Source of the DNA: Vulcanimicrobiota bacterium | GTDB taxonomy: Bacteria > Vulcanimicrobiota > Vulcanimicrobiia > Eremiobacterales > Eremiobacteraceae | Assembly: GCA_963812135.1 (NCBI GenBank) | Contig: CAWETU010000005.1 | Coordinates: 302,469-366,468 of the forward strand | Length of the DNA stretch: 64,000 nt | Direction: 5' to 3' | Shown here: positions 39,802 through 53,332 of the stretch, piece after piece | Position numbering within the stretch: position 1 is the first letter of the stretch | Layout of the letters: every line of letters begins with the position of its first letter | The notes under the pieces: generated by a model | What the model was told of the DNA's origin: nothing | What the model saw: only the letters and a program-made list of their open reading frames with translations | Database searches by the model: none | Translations under genes and position numbers: made by a program

Positions 39802-40865
39802 CGCGTCGTGTCGACCGTGATCCCGAAGCCGCTCAGCGGCGTCGCGACGTCGAAGATGACGCGCCGGTTCGGCCACACCGACTGGTTGCCTGACGCGGTC
39901 GTCGCGTTCGGAAACACGAACACGCCGCCGTCATAGACGAACAGTATGTCGCGCACGATATCGTACGCAAGCCCCTTCGGCTGGGTGAAGCCGGTCAATG
40001 TCTGCGAGTGCGTCGTCGAGCCGTTGAACGTGCTCGCGTTCTTCATGATGTTGATCTGCGCGGGCGAGATCTCGGTCACGAATAGGATGTCGAGCGCGGT
40101 GTTGTAAGCCAAGCCGGTGCCGTTGCCCAAACCAAGCCCGCTGATGGCGCTGCTCTGGCCCATCGCGATCGTCGTGCCGCCTGACAACGCCGCCGCGGCA
40201 ACGCCAAAGCCGGGGAACTTCGCCACGACCGTGCCGTTATCGGCCACGAACAAGATGTCGCGCACGCCGTCGTACAGCATCTCTTGCGGGCGCGGTGTAC
40301 CGGGCGCCGTTGGGTCGGTGATGTTGAGGGTCACGAAGCCGGCCGGAACCGAGCTGGCGATCATGGATGGCGCATTCGCGTAGATGTCGACGGTATTGCT
40401 GGTGTTGTGGGCCACGACCAGCAGGTGATGCACGGGATCGTAGACCGCCGCGCCTTCAAGGTTGTTCGTGCTGGCGCTTGCGACGACGAACGTGGGCAGC
40501 ATGTTGTTGCGCGTCGTCGCCATCGTCCAGATATCGATCGTGTTATTGGTGGCGTTGGGCACCGTCTGGTTCGGATACCACAACGTATCGGTGAGCGGAT
40601 CGTAAACCACATCGGGATTGGCCGTGTCGCTTGTCGGGAGGATCTCGGACGCGACCAGTCCGCCGTTTGCGGCCGACGCGCCCTTATACGAGCGGACTGT
40701 CCGCGATGTGGCGTCTTGCACCCAAAGCGTGTCCGGCGCGATGCTGCCGCTCACGACCGGCGTGGGAGTGGGCGTCGTCGACGTGCCGGCGGTGGAGCAC
40801 CCGGCGCCCAGCGCCATCATCAGCGCCGCACCGACGAGCACAGCATAACCAACACGCACATTCAT
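39798..40865 (-). CDS. lipoprotein with probable beta-propeller repeats
   Basis: Lipobox-like GAGC, PTPTP linker, repeated (L/V)xYDxxxDxLFV blades. Confidence 0.75.
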   Translation of the reverse strand: MNVRVGYAVLVGAALMMALGAGCSTAGTSTTPTPTPVVSGSIAPDTLWVQDATSRTVRSYKGASAANGGLVASEILPTSDTANPDVVYDPLTDTLWYPNQTVPNATNNTIDIWTMATTRNNMLPTFVVASASTNNLEGAAVYDPVHHLLVVAHNTSNTVDIYANAPSMIASSVPAGFVTLNITDPTAPGTPRPQEMLYDGVRDILFVADNGTVVAKFPGFGVAAAALSGGTTIAMGQSSAISGLGLGNGTGLAYNTALDILFVTEISPAQINIMKNASTFNGSTTHSQTLTGFTQPKGLAYDIVRDILFVYDGGVFVFPNATTASGNQSVWPNRRVIFDVATPLSGFGITVDTTR

Positions 40866-40987
40866 GAAGCGGAAGATCCTCTCAAAATGGGGAGGGCGGA
40901 AAACACACGCGCCGGCTCAGCGTCGGCCGGCGGCGCACCCCGCACAGATAGGCCGGGCTTCGCGCCCCGCACGGCCGCGCCCTTCGG

Positions 40988-41027
40988 AAAAAGAAGAGGC
41001 CGCCGGCGTTCGTGCCGGCGGTCTCTT
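40988..41027 (-). terminator. intrinsic terminator after the TonB receptor gene
   Basis: AAGAGACCGCCGGC-ACGAAC-GCCGGCGGCCTCTT-CTTTTT. Confidence 0.8.
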
Positions 41028-41052
41028 GTTCGTAGGGTCTCGATCCGGTCCG

Positions 41053-44000
41053 TTACATCTTGAACTGGACGTTGAACGAGGCGCTGAAGGGAGTCGTGAA
41101 GCCTTCAAGGCCGTTCGTCGACGAGTATCCGAAGTACGGGTATTTGACGTTCGCCGAGATCGGCGTACCCGGATTGTAGAAGTTACCCACTGGCGGGTAG
41201 TTGCCGGCTATGACACCGTACCCGCAAATGTGGTTGTCGTTCGTGGTCCACGGCTCTTTCGAACCGCCGAAGCACGTGTTGACGATGTTCGCCAGATTCA
41301 GCTGATAAGTCACGCGCGGCGTGGCTTCATAGCCGATCTGCATGTGGGCTTGGAACTGGCTCGGCTCGATGAACGCGCCGATGTTGTCGAACTTGCCCGT
41401 GTATGTATCGGGAATCACGAGCGAGCCAGTGCACGACGTCGCGTCGGCAGCCAAGCCGGTTCCACCGTTGGGATAGCGCGGGTCGCCTGCGGCCAACGGC
41501 CCCAGTGCCGCGCAGGTGCTCGGATCGAACCCGTAGTTCACCTCAGGCGAGCCATACGGCGCACCTGTGTGGAACTGGAACGACGGGACGAACGACCACT
41601 TGTCGTGCTTGAATTGTAAGATCAGCGCTGCGAAGTTCGGTATGACATAGCCCTGAGACGAGAGCTGGACTCCCGCCGGGACGATGTCGTACGGCGTATA
41701 CGACCCATTCGTATCGAACAGGTTCTGTATCGGCATGTTGAAGTACGGATTCGCCACACCACTGATCTCCGTCGCGACCGCATTGACATTGCCATACGGT
41801 CCGCACGGACTCGTGGGGCTATTGTTGGGCGTCGCCGTGGCGCATGCCGACGTGAACGAGTTGAACTTCTGGATATCAGCGTTGTCCGAACTCAGCACGG
41901 TGAGCCCGTTCGTCAGGGCCTTGTACTTGATCCGGCTGTAGGTGTAGGTGTACGAGAGCTGACCTGACCAGCCGTTGTTGTTGAAGTTGCCCATGCTCAG
42001 CAGGAACTCGACGCCAGTATTCGTCTCCTGGCCGGCGTTGACGCCGGACACGAACGCGGTCTTGGGGTCGATGAAGAACTGCTGCACCTGGTCAGACGTC
42101 TGCCGCAGGAACGGCGTCAACTTGAACGACGTCTGCGTGCCGTTGAAATGGTGCTCCAACGACAGGTCGTAGTTGTACGAGATCGAGGGATTCTCGACGT
42201 GGGCCGGCGTCGTGAAGCCGAACTTGTAGAACAGCGGACCCATCAGCACGTTGGGCAGGTTTTGCTCCAACGTGTTGTACTGCTCGAACGCCGCGTTGGC
42301 GGGCTGCGAGTAGCGGCCTGCCGAGAAGCGGATCACGTCGTCGACACCCATGGTGTAGGTGCCGCCGATGCGCGGTTCGAGCTCGTTGAAGGTCACCTGA
42401 CCGCCGTTCGCGGTCGAGTTGGTCAGCGTCGCTTGCGTGAACGAGCCGGCCGCGAAGCCCGGCGCCGATACGTTGGCGCATGGCTGGCCGGCCTGTTGCG
42501 TGGATGCTGCCGAGCGTGCTGGTCGTCATGTCAAACGGCGTGCCGCCGTTGAACAGCGGATTCACGCAATGCGCCTGGTTCCATGCGTTGAACCAGAAGT
42601 CACGCGTGCCGCCGCCCGTCGGCGTGTAGATGAACCCGTAGACGTCGTCGCGGATGCCGATGTTGAGGTTGAGCCGATCATTCGGCTTCCACGTGTCCTG
42701 CAACGAGGCTGCCCAGAATCGCGGCGTCACCGTGTTGAACGTCGCCCACGGGCCGTTCTCGGCCATGAGCCACGCGCACGGATCGGTGCCTGTCGATCCG
42801 CAGGTCGCGCCGGGGCTTGTGATTCCACCGGTCTGGATCTGTTGCCGAAGGTGAGGATGCTCGGGCGAGCGGCGGCTCCGTTGCTGGGCTCGCACGACTT
42901 CAGCCACGCCAGGGGCACCCATGTTGTAGCACAGACCGTTCGTCGGAGCGTTGGCGTCGACGAGGAACGCCGCGCGCGCGTGTCGTCGCAACCAAGCGCG
43001 GCGCCGCGGGCCTGGAACATCTGCGTGTTGTTGTCACGCACCGTGCTGGCGGTCGAGTACGAACCCTCGACGTTGAGCAAGTGCTTGGGCGAGAGCTGGT
43101 TGACGTATTGCGCGGATGCGCCGCGCGTGTGCGTCCACAGCTCGTAGTCCGACGGGCAGCACGCGACGAAGTTCGCCTGCGATGAGTTCGGGCCGTACAG
43201 ATACCAGCTCGAGTAGAAGATGTATCCGTACAGTCGCAGGTACGACGACGTGCCGATGTTGTGCTGCCATTGCAGCTTGTAGATGTTGTTCGAATTGGTC
43301 GACGTGTCTTCTTGGTTCAGCGGAATCGGGCCACCGAGCCCGATCGGGCCGGCACTCGGATACGCGTAGTTCGCGACGTTTCCGGCTTGCGTCGGGTCCG
43401 CTGCCGTGAAGACCTGACCCAGCGCGCCTGCGTGTACTGCCGAGCCGAGGTCAGGAACGTGTTACCAACGCAGCCATCCCGCAGCGCGACGCGTTGCGGC
43501 ATCGATTGCGTAGAACGACGGGCCGCCCCAGTCGTTTTGCGAGCTATACGCGAACGAGTACAGCTGGAAGACATCGTACAGGAACTGGATGTCGTCCTTG
43601 CCGGTGTCGTTCTTGTGCGGGATGCCGAAGTGGAAGTTGAACACGTTCTCGCGATCTTCGATGCGTGAGAACGCGCCCATCTGGAACGGGCCCATAAGAT
43701 AGCCGGCCCGGGCCCGCCTGCCGTGCCGGTCAGCGGGTTCGGCGGCGTTCGGCATAGCAGGAGCGAGTAGCCGTTAGTGGGCGATCGCGCATGCCCCGCC
43801 GGCGCGGTTAGGATGTCGAACGCCGAGCCGTAGGTCTGCGCGACGCTCGCGCCGTTGCTGTTGTCGATGTAGCGCGGGTCTTGGTTGACCAACCCGACGC
43901 CGACGTAGTATGAGAAGTTGCGGTTGGGCGTCGCCCCGCCGAACTCGATGTTGGCCTTGTTGTACAGAGCCGGTCCGCCGATGCCGAGATTGATCGTGCC

Positions 44001-44768
44001 GAATCCCGGATAGGTGCCGCTCTTGATGACCTGGTTGATGTAGCCCGCAAGGCCTTGCGATTCAGCCGAGGCAGGCGCTGCGCCGGTGTACAGCTGCAGC
44101 TCTTGCTGGCCGAGCGCCGAGAGATTCGTGGTCGGGTAGTTGTCGAACGACCGGTTCACCGGTACGCCGTCGAACTCGTAGCCGACCTGATCGTAGTCAC
44201 CACCGCGGATGTATACGTCTTGGAACCAACCGGCTTGTCCGGGTGGGACGTATGCACCGGGCAACGCCGCGATCGCGGAGTAGCCCTGGTTCGCGCCGCC
44301 GCCGCCACCGAGGACGGCCGAGCGCGCCTGCGCGCTCTCGTTGACCGAGTAGACGTTGGCCGTCGTACCGGGCTTCACGAGATCGGTTGACGCACGCGTC
44401 AGCACGGTTCCGATGGTTTTCACCGGCGGATTCGCGATCAGCGCGACGTTTTGCACTTGGTCCGCCAGCACGGTGACGCCGCGCTGCGACACGGGCTCGA
44501 TGACGTTTTCTTTGGAAGCCGTCACCGTGTACGTGTCAGGGACCAAGGAGACAAACCCGAAATGACCACCATTGTCGGTCGTTGTGCTTGAGGTCTGACT
44601 GGCGGACGTCGCAGTCACCTTCGCTTGCGCGACGGGGGCGTGCGTGGTCGCCAACTCAACAGTGCCATTCAACGATCCGGTGACGCCTGCCAGTGCCCAT
44701 GTTCCCTGGACCAGCAACACCGCGACCGCTAAGAAGGCAATTCTCAGCAAACCTTTCATGGTTTTCAA
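41053..44768 (-). CDS. TonB-dependent receptor-like outer membrane protein with N-terminal carboxypeptidase-regulatory-like domain; many frameshifts at about 42400-43800
   Basis: Signal peptide, TTTDNGGHFGFVSLVPDTYTVT, YIRGG..GYEFDGVPVN plug, LQDTWKPNDRLNLNIGIR, EPRIGGTY, C-terminal FNVQFKM. Confidence 0.8.
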
Positions 44769-44983
44769 GGTTCCTTCTTGAGAAGCGAGTGATGCAGTTC
44801 CGCACATCCATTTAGCCGCGTGAGCGTCCATTTGTGCGCGCGAATACTGCAAAGCCGACGCACACCACGGATGGTGCACGTCAACATGTCCCGCGGTTTC
44901 TTTCTTCACCCGGCTTTAACCTTGCGGCCCGCCGGGTCCGGCAGGCCGCAAAATGGGCGTTTCTAGGCTTGTATTTTCATCTT

Positions 44984-45868
44984 TCAAACGCGCGCGGGAA
45001 GGCGCAGCGCGCGGCTCACCAACGCCGGAATATCTGCGGGGCTTTCAGCCACCGGAACGTTCACGGCTTCGAACGCTGCGATCTTCGCCTGCGCCGTTCC
45101 GCCGCCGCCGCTGACGATCGCGCCGGCATGCCCCATGCGTTTGCCTTCAGGTGCCGAGCGGCCGCCGATGAACGCGATGACCGGCTTTGTGACAGTCTTA
45201 TGCCGGATCAAGTCGGCCGCGTCTTCTTCATCCGTGCCGCCGATCTCGCCGACCAAGACGACCGCGTCGGTGCCTTCGTCCTTTTCGAACGCTTGCAGAC
45301 AGTCGACGAAGACGGTGCCGATGATGGGATCGCCGCCGATGCCGACGCACGTGCTCTGGCCGATGCCGGCGCGCGTCATCTGATCGACGATCTCGTACGT
45401 CAACGTGCCGCTGCGCGAGATCAAACCGACCCGCCCATGACTGAACACGTGACCGGGCATGATGCCGGCGAGCGCTTCGCCCGGCGTGATGACCCCCGGG
45501 CAATTCGGTCCGATCACCCGAGTCGTGTCGGGGATGACGGACATGACCCGCAACATATCATGCACCGGAATGCCCTCGGTGATGCAGATGATGAGACCGA
45601 TGCCCGCATCGGCCGCTTCGAGAATCGCGTCGGCAGCGAACGGCGGCGGCACGAAGATGACCGACGTATCAGCGCCGGTCTTCGCGCGCGCATCGCTGCA
45701 CGTGTCGAACACGGAAAACTGCTCGACCGTTTGACCGCCTTTGCCGGGCGTCACGCCGCCCGCGACCTTCGTGCCGTAGGCGCGCATGCGGTTGGCATGA
45801 TACAGTCCTTCGCGTCCGGTGATGCCCTGGACGATGACCGTCGAGTTCTTGTTCAGATAGATCGACAT
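44984..45868 (-). CDS. sucD: succinyl-CoA synthetase alpha subunit
   Basis: [42 protein letters not shown]. Confidence 0.96.
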   Translation of the reverse strand: MSIYLNKNSTVIVQGITGREGLYHANRMRAYGTKVAGGVTPGKGGQTVEQFSVFDTCSDARAKTGADTSVIFVPPPFAADAILEAADAGIGLIICITEGIPVHDMLRVMSVIPDTTRVIGPNCPGVITPGEALAGIMPGHVFSHGRVGLISRSGTLTYEIVDQMTRAGIGQSTCVGIGGDPIIGTVFVDCLQAFEKDEGTDAVVLVGEIGGTDEEDAADLIRHKTVTKPVIAFIGGRSAPEGKRMGHAGAIVSGGGGTAQAKIAAFEAVNVPVAESPADIPALVSRALRLPARV

Positions 45869-45870
45869 CG

Positions 45871-47007
45871 TCAGTTCCTCGCCAGCGCGACGGCTTGCTT
45901 CGCGCCTTCGTTCATCGTCTCGACCGACTTCATGCCGTTGGCTTGCAGCACCGCGCGGCCTTCCTTCTCGTTCGTGCCGGTCAGACGGATCACGAGCTTG
46001 TCTTTGCTCCACGAACCGCCGCCGAGGGCTTCGACCAGACCCTTCGCCACTTCATCGCCGCGCGTGATGCCGCCGAAGATGTTGATGAACAGCGACTTCA
46101 CTTTCGGATCGGACGTCACGATGTTGACGGCTTCGCGCACGATGTCGGCCTTCGCGCCGCCGCCGACATCGAGGAAGTTCGCAGGTTCGCCGCCCGCGGC
46201 TTTGACCGCATCGAGCGTGCCCATCACCAAGCCCGCGCCGTTGCCGATGATGCCGACGTCGCCGTCGAGGTGCACGTACGCCAAGCCCGTCTTGCGAGCG
46301 CGTTCTTCGAGCGGATCGCTCGGCAGATCGGTTTTCCACGCTTCGAGCTCTTTGTGACGGAAGAGGCCGTTGTCGTCGATGTCCACCTTTGCGTCCGACG
46401 CGATCAAACGGCCATCTTTGGTGATCGCGAGCGGATTGATCTCAAGCAGCATCGCGCCGACGTCGAAGAACAGCGTGTAGAGCTTGCCCAAAATGTCGAC
46501 GAACTGCGACGTGATCTCTTTTGGAATGCTTGCTTCGGCCGCGACGCGCCGGCCGACGAACGGCCAGTAGCCCATGGCCGGATCGATGCGATACTTCGCG
46601 ATCGCGTCCGGATGCGTCTTCGCCACTTCTTCGATATCCATGCCGCCCATCGCCGATGCGATGATGATCGGCCGCTTGCTCTGCCGGTCGACGGTGATCG
46701 AGAGGTACAGCTCCTTTGCGATATCGACGCGCTGCTCGATCCAGATGCGCTTGGCGATCTCGCCTTTGATGTTCATCCCGAGGATCGCCTTGGCGGGCTC
46801 GACCACGTCGCGCTCGTCGTTGGCGAACTTGATGCCGCCCGCTTTGCCGCGGCCGCCGATCAGCACTTGCGCCTTGACGACGCTCGGCGCGGGGTTGGCG
46901 CGCATGATCGCGACCGCCTCGTCGACGCTCTGCGCGACTTTGCCGGCTGGCACCGGTATGCCGGCGGCTGCGAAGAGTTCCTTACCTTGATACTCGAGTA
47001 ATCTCAT
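45871..47007 (-). CDS. sucC: succinyl-CoA synthetase beta subunit
   Basis: [54 protein letters not shown]. Confidence 0.96.
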   Translation of the reverse strand: MRLLEYQGKELFAAAGIPVPAGKVAQSVDEAVAIMRANPAPSVVKAQVLIGGRGKAGGIKFANDERDVVEPAKAILGMNIKGEIAKRIWIEQRVDIAKELYLSITVDRQSKRPIIIASAMGGMDIEEVAKTHPDAIAKYRIDPAMGYWPFVGRRVAAEASIPKEITSQFVDILGKLYTLFFDVGAMLLEINPLAITKDGRLIASDAKVDIDDNGLFRHKELEAWKTDLPSDPLEERARKTGLAYVHLDGDVGIIGNGAGLVMGTLDAVKAAGGEPANFLDVGGGAKADIVREAVNIVTSDPKVKSLFINIFGGITRGDEVAKGLVEALGGGSWSKDKLVIRLTGTNEKEGRAVLQANGMKSVETMNEGAKQAVALARN

Positions 47008-47019
47008 CGCTCCTCAATC

Positions 47020-47813
47020 TTATGCTTCGGGCACGACGCCGCGCACCGCCCAGGCACGCGCGCCGAATGAAAATGCCTCGTCGGGCTTCGAGCCGAGCAC
47101 GCGCTCGCGCAAACGTTGGCGCAGAACTTCTCGGCGTTCCGGCGTCAGGCTCGCGACATAACGGCCGCCAGGTCCTTGGCCGCCCAGAAACGGCGACCAG
47201 TAATCGTCGAACGACGCGAAATCGGTTGAGATCCAAAGCTCCTCGGCACGCACCTCTTGAAGCCCACCGGTCACGAACAGCTCGTGCATCGACTCTTTGG
47301 CGAAGGTCGGCTGGTTCTCTCCATCGGCTGTGGGATCTATCTCATCAACTACCGACCAGAACGTGCGCAGCATTTTCATGCCGCCGAAGTGGTCCCACAC
47401 CGCCGTCGCCACGACGCCACCGGGGCGGGTCACGCGACGCATCTCGCCGAGCCCTTTCGCCGGGTCCGGGATGAAGTTGAACACGAGCAGCGCAAGGCTG
47501 CGGTCAAAAGACTTATCCGGATACGGCAACGCTTGCGCATCGCCGACCGAAAAACTGATGCGCCCGGCATTTGGCCGGCTGCGCGCATACTCGACGAACG
47601 CGCCCGATGGATCGATGCCGGTGATCTCGGCGCTCGGTGCGGCGGTGGCGAGCGCCAAGGAGAGCGACCCGGTGCCGCAACCGACGTCGAGGAGACGCTC
47701 GCCGTCGCGCGCACCCGCGAAGGTGAGGAAGCCGGGCGCGAGGCGCGCGCTCCAGCGGCCGATGTACCGTTCGTACGCTTCGGGGACGGAGAACGTGCTC
47801 GAAAGGCTCTCCT

Positions 47814-47817
<4 letters not shown>
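47020..47817 (-). CDS. class I SAM-dependent methyltransferase
   Basis: LLDVGCGTG, GDAQALPY, EMRRVTRPGG. Confidence 0.88.
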
Positions 47818-49060
<1,243 letters not shown>

Positions 49061-49064
<4 letters not shown>

Positions 49065-49906
49065 TTGTCGTACTCGTAGAATCCGCGGCCGGACTTCTTG
49101 CCGAGATAGCCCGCCGCGACCATCTTCTTCAGCAGCGGGCACGGGCGGTACTTCGGATCGGAGAATCCGTCGTAGAGCACTTGCATGATCGCCAGGCACG
49201 TGTCGAGCCCGATGAAATCGGCAAGCTCGAGCGGCCCCATCGGATGGTTCATGCCGAGCTTCATGACGGTGTCGATCGCTTCAGGGCTGGCGACGCCTTC
49301 CATGTGAGCATAGATGGCTTCGTTGATCATCGGCATCAGCACGCGGTTGCTCACGAAGCCGGGAAAGTCGTTGACTTCGACGGGCGTCTTGCCGAGCTCC
49401 TCAGCGAGCCGTTTGGTGAAGCCGTACGTCTGATCCGACGTGGCGATGCCGCGAATGACCTCGACGAGCTTCATGACGGGCACGGGATTCATGAAGTGCA
49501 TGCCGATCACGCGGTCGGGGCGGCCGGTTGCGGCGCCGAGTTTAGTGATCGAGATGGATGACGTGTTGCTCGCGAGGATCGCCTGCGGTGGCGTGACCGC
49601 GTCGAGGCGTTTGAATAATCCGAGCTTGAGCGCCTCGTCTTCAGAGGCGGCTTCGATGGCGATGCTCACGTCGACGGGCGCGTTCAACCCGGGGTGGAAC
49701 TCGATGCGCGCCAACAACGCATCGGCGTCGGCGCGTTGCAGCTTGCCCTTCTCGACCATGCGAGCGAGGTTCTTCTCGATGGCCGTGCGGCCGCGCCGGT
49801 ATGCGGCTTCGTCAACGTCGTGCAGCAGCACGCGGTGGCCCGCGGCCGCACAGACGTGCGCGATCCCGGATCCCATCTGACCGGCACCGACGACCAGAAT
49901 CGTCAT
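49061..49906 (-). CDS. hbd: 3-hydroxybutyryl-CoA dehydrogenase
   Basis: [47 protein letters not shown]. Confidence 0.92.
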
Positions 49907-49922
49907 TCGTCGCATATACGCC

Positions 49923-49951
49923 AAAAAAGAAGGCCGCCATTTCTGGCGGCC
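49923..49951 (-). terminator. intrinsic terminator just upstream of hbd
   Basis: GGCCGCCA-GAAA-TGGCGGCC-TTCTTTTTT. Confidence 0.8.
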
Positions 49952-50145
49952 GTTTGCGATTCACTCGATGCGGCGCAATCTATACCAACCTACTGCTTCG
50001 TACCCATGGAGGCCGGACTTTCCGGGAACCTGCGCTCTCCGGAGTCTCCGCAGACCCGGCCTCGGGGCCTCGCGCATCGAGCGAGCACCGCTCTCCGAGA
50101 ATAGCACCCGCTCTGCCGGGAGGACAAGCCTACGCGTGTTCGGGA
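49923..50145 (-). ncRNA. candidate structured RNA of unknown family
   Basis: Nested helices (49961-49972 with 50073-50084; 50009-50016 with 50056-50063; 50030-50034 with 50049-50053), repeated GGAGAGCG-like motifs, terminal terminator; no convincing ORF. Confidence 0.5.
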
Positions 50146-50177
50146 CTACGATATCACTTGTCCCGCATCGCGGGAAT

Positions 50178-50837
50178 TTATAAGATGATCACATACCCCC
50201 GCAAAACGGTCAATTTGAGGATAACCACGACCACCATGAGGACGAACCAGCCGATAGTCACGATCTCCGCGTTGAGGATGACCTTCTTATTGTAGGTGCC
50301 CTGCTGTTTGCTCGCGATCATCGGCCCTTTCCATGGGATGAAGCGGGGCACGAGCGTCGTGTACTCCGTGTAACGCATGCCGAACGCGTGCGCAAGGTGT
50401 TCTTCTTCTAGTGGGATGATCGCCGCGTAGACCGCGATGATGACGGCGAGCACGAAGACGAGCAACCAGAACGATTGGCCGAGCGGCACGCCGCCGGAAA
50501 GCGCCACCGTGAAGCCGATCGCGATCATCGCATTGCCGACGTACAGCGGATTGCGCATGAGGGCATAAGGCCCGGCGGTGACAAGCGCGGGTGCGGTGAC
50601 GACATCGGCGCGCGTCGTCGCGCCCGAGTAGCCCACGGCCCAGACGCGAAGCAGTTCGCCTAAGAATGCGATGGTGATGCCGACGGCGGCGCTGAACTCG
50701 CTGGGCTGCCCGAAGATGATCAGCGCGAGCGCGATGGGGAGCATCAGCAATCCGCGATAGCGGAAGACCGTCACGCGCCAGTCTTGGCCGCGCGCGGGGG
50801 TACGGGGTGGGGGTCCGGCCGGTTTCGGTTTATCCAT
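50178..50837 (-). CDS. isoprenylcysteine carboxylmethyltransferase / PEMT family membrane protein
   Basis: GELLRVWAVGY, LVTAGPYALMRNPLYVG, EEEHLAHAFG..Y..Y..LVPRFIP. Confidence 0.85.
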   Translation of the reverse strand: MDKPKPAGPPPRTPARGQDWRVTVFRYRGLLMLPIALALIIFGQPSEFSAAVGITIAFLGELLRVWAVGYSGATTRADVVTAPALVTAGPYALMRNPLYVGNAMIAIGFTVALSGGVPLGQSFWLLVFVLAVIIAVYAAIIPLEEEHLAHAFGMRYTEYTTLVPRFIPWKGPMIASKQQGTYNKKVILNAEIVTIGWFVLMVVVVILKLTVLRGYVIIL

Positions 50838-51789
50838 CTTCCTTTAGACAGTACTCATAGAGGTCGCGAAGCGTGCGCAGCAGCGGGATGGACGGCTGCC
50901 AGCCGGTATCGCGCGCCAGCTTGCCCGGGTCGCCGACGATGATCGGCGTGTCCACCGGCCGCATGCGCTCCGGATCCTGGCGCAACTCGACCGGCTGGCC
51001 TACCAGTTGGGTGAGCTCCTCGACGATCTCGCGCATGCTGACCGCCCGGCCGCTGCATACGTTGTAGACCGATCCGCTAGCGCCTTTGGCTCCCAGCAAC
51101 CGATATGCCGCAACGACATCGCGGACATCGAGAAAATCTCTCTGGGCGGACAGATTGCCGTGTCGCAGCACGGGAGCCTGCTTGCCGCGCGTGATATCGG
51201 CGCACTGTTTTGCGAATCCCGCGGCTGCAAAGGCGGTGCTCTGGCCTGGGCCAGTGTGGTTGAACGAGCGCGTGGCGACCACCCGGAGCCAGCCTGTCTG
51301 CGCGTATTGCATGGCGAGCACCTCGGCGGCCGCCTTGCTGCCCGCGTACGGATTGTTCGGCTGGATAGGCGCGCTCTCGTTCAGGGGCAACGCGCTCGGA
51401 TCCACCGCGCCGTAGATCTCCGCTGAGCCGACCGCCACGACGAGCGCGTCAGGCGCGTGCGCGCGGCACGCCTCGAGCACGTTGGCCGTGCCGATCACGT
51501 TCGTTTCGATCGTGCCCGCCGGGTCGCGCAGCGACTGGGCCACCGAAGCTTGCGCGGCGAGGTGATACACGACGTCGGGCATGGCTTCTTTGACGACTGC
51601 GTGGAGCGTATCGGGTTCGAGCAGCTCCGCGCTCGACCAACGGACTTGGGTGGCCTGGTCGGTCGGCAGCGTCGTGAGACGCGTGTGATCGCCCCGCGTC
51701 ATGCCACTGACATCGTCGCCGTGCTCGAGCAGTTCGCGGACAAGCCACTGCCCGACGAATCCATCGGCGCCCGTGACGAGCGAGCGCAC
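50830..51789 (-). CDS. NAD-dependent sugar reductase/epimerase (GDP-4-keto-6-deoxymannose reductase-like)
   Basis: LVTGADGFVG, HLAAQASV, PYAGSK, RSFNHTGPGQ, RDFLDVRDVV; downstream of gmd. Confidence 0.85.
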   Translation of the reverse strand: MRSLVTGADGFVGQWLVRELLEHGDDVSGMTRGDHTRLTTLPTDQATQVRWSSAELLEPDTLHAVVKEAMPDVVYHLAAQASVAQSLRDPAGTIETNVIGTANVLEACRAHAPDALVVAVGSAEIYGAVDPSALPLNESAPIQPNNPYAGSKAAAEVLAMQYAQTGWLRVVATRSFNHTGPGQSTAFAAAGFAKQCADITRGKQAPVLRHGNLSAQRDFLDVRDVVAAYRLLGAKGASGSVYNVCSGRAVSMREIVEELTQLVGQPVELRQDPERMRPVDTPIIVGDPGKLARDTGWQPSIPLLRTLRDLYEYCLKEDG

Positions 51790-51791
51790 GA

Positions 51792-52766
<975 letters not shown>

Positions 52767-52896
52767 CGCCCGCCTTTTCTGTCGGTCTGCAGTCCCGGCC
52801 TGTTGCGGCCCGAGTTTTCGAGCAAGACTTCTTGAGGCTGCCGACCGTCTTCTTGCGCAAAAAGAACTTACGAACCGCGCGCGAATGCGCTCTAGA

Positions 52897-53310
52897 ATGG
52901 CTGTAGGATACCCTTGCCCGGTCTGCGGTCTCGAAGATGCTTTTCCCGAGCCCGGGTCTTATTCAGAATGCCGCCGATGCGGATGGTATGACGATCCATA
53001 TCAGGGCGAAGATCTCGACTTAGACGAGGGCGACAACGGCCCCATGACATTGAGAGAAGCCCGCGCCGCTTGGTCACAAGGACGAAACGTGAGCGAATGG
53101 CGGATGGAACAATTTTTTGGCACCCTTTGCTTTTGCGACGGTTGCAACTCGGGAACGCACGAGCACCCTCTCTCGGCCAGACATCCAGGCGGAGGCATGA
53201 TGGATTGCATGAGCAAGGGGGATGCTTCAACCTGGCCTCAGGGCTTTAACAGCGTGGGCCGCACAACGCGCAAGTGTCCGGCTTGTCGCAATATGGAGTC
53301 GCCCAAGTAG
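52897..53310 (+). CDS. cysteine-rich CPCC-family-like protein with an extra Cys-rich C-terminus
   Basis: YPCPVCG...[12 protein letters not shown]...[12 protein letters not shown]. Confidence 0.7.
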   Translation: MAVGYPCPVCGLEDAFPEPGSYSECRRCGWYDDPYQGEDLDLDEGDNGPMTLREARAAWSQGRNVSEWRMEQFFGTLCFCDGCNSGTHEHPLSARHPGGGMMDCMSKGDASTWPQGFNSVGRTTRKCPACRNMESPK

Positions 53311-53314
53311 AGTT

Positions 53315-53332
53315 TCGCTCGGGTGCTACATC
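53315..53332 (-). repeat. GTAG-type repeat, family 3 half copy
   Basis: GATGTAGCACCCGAGCGA, 17/18 identical to GATGTAGAACCCGAGCGA at 22174-22191. Confidence 0.5.

Noticed and set aside
50003..50023. GGAAAGUCCGGCCUCCAUGGG resembles the RNase P RNA conserved region GGAAAGUCCGGGCUCC
   Set aside because: Only about 80 nt remain before the terminator, the 3' P4 partner is absent, and the segment pairs locally with GAGGCCGG.
52810..52896. [16 protein letters not shown] looks like TetR helix 1, in frame with the CPCC gene
   Set aside because: No start codon or SD outside the gmd overlap and no HTH follows; probably coincidence.
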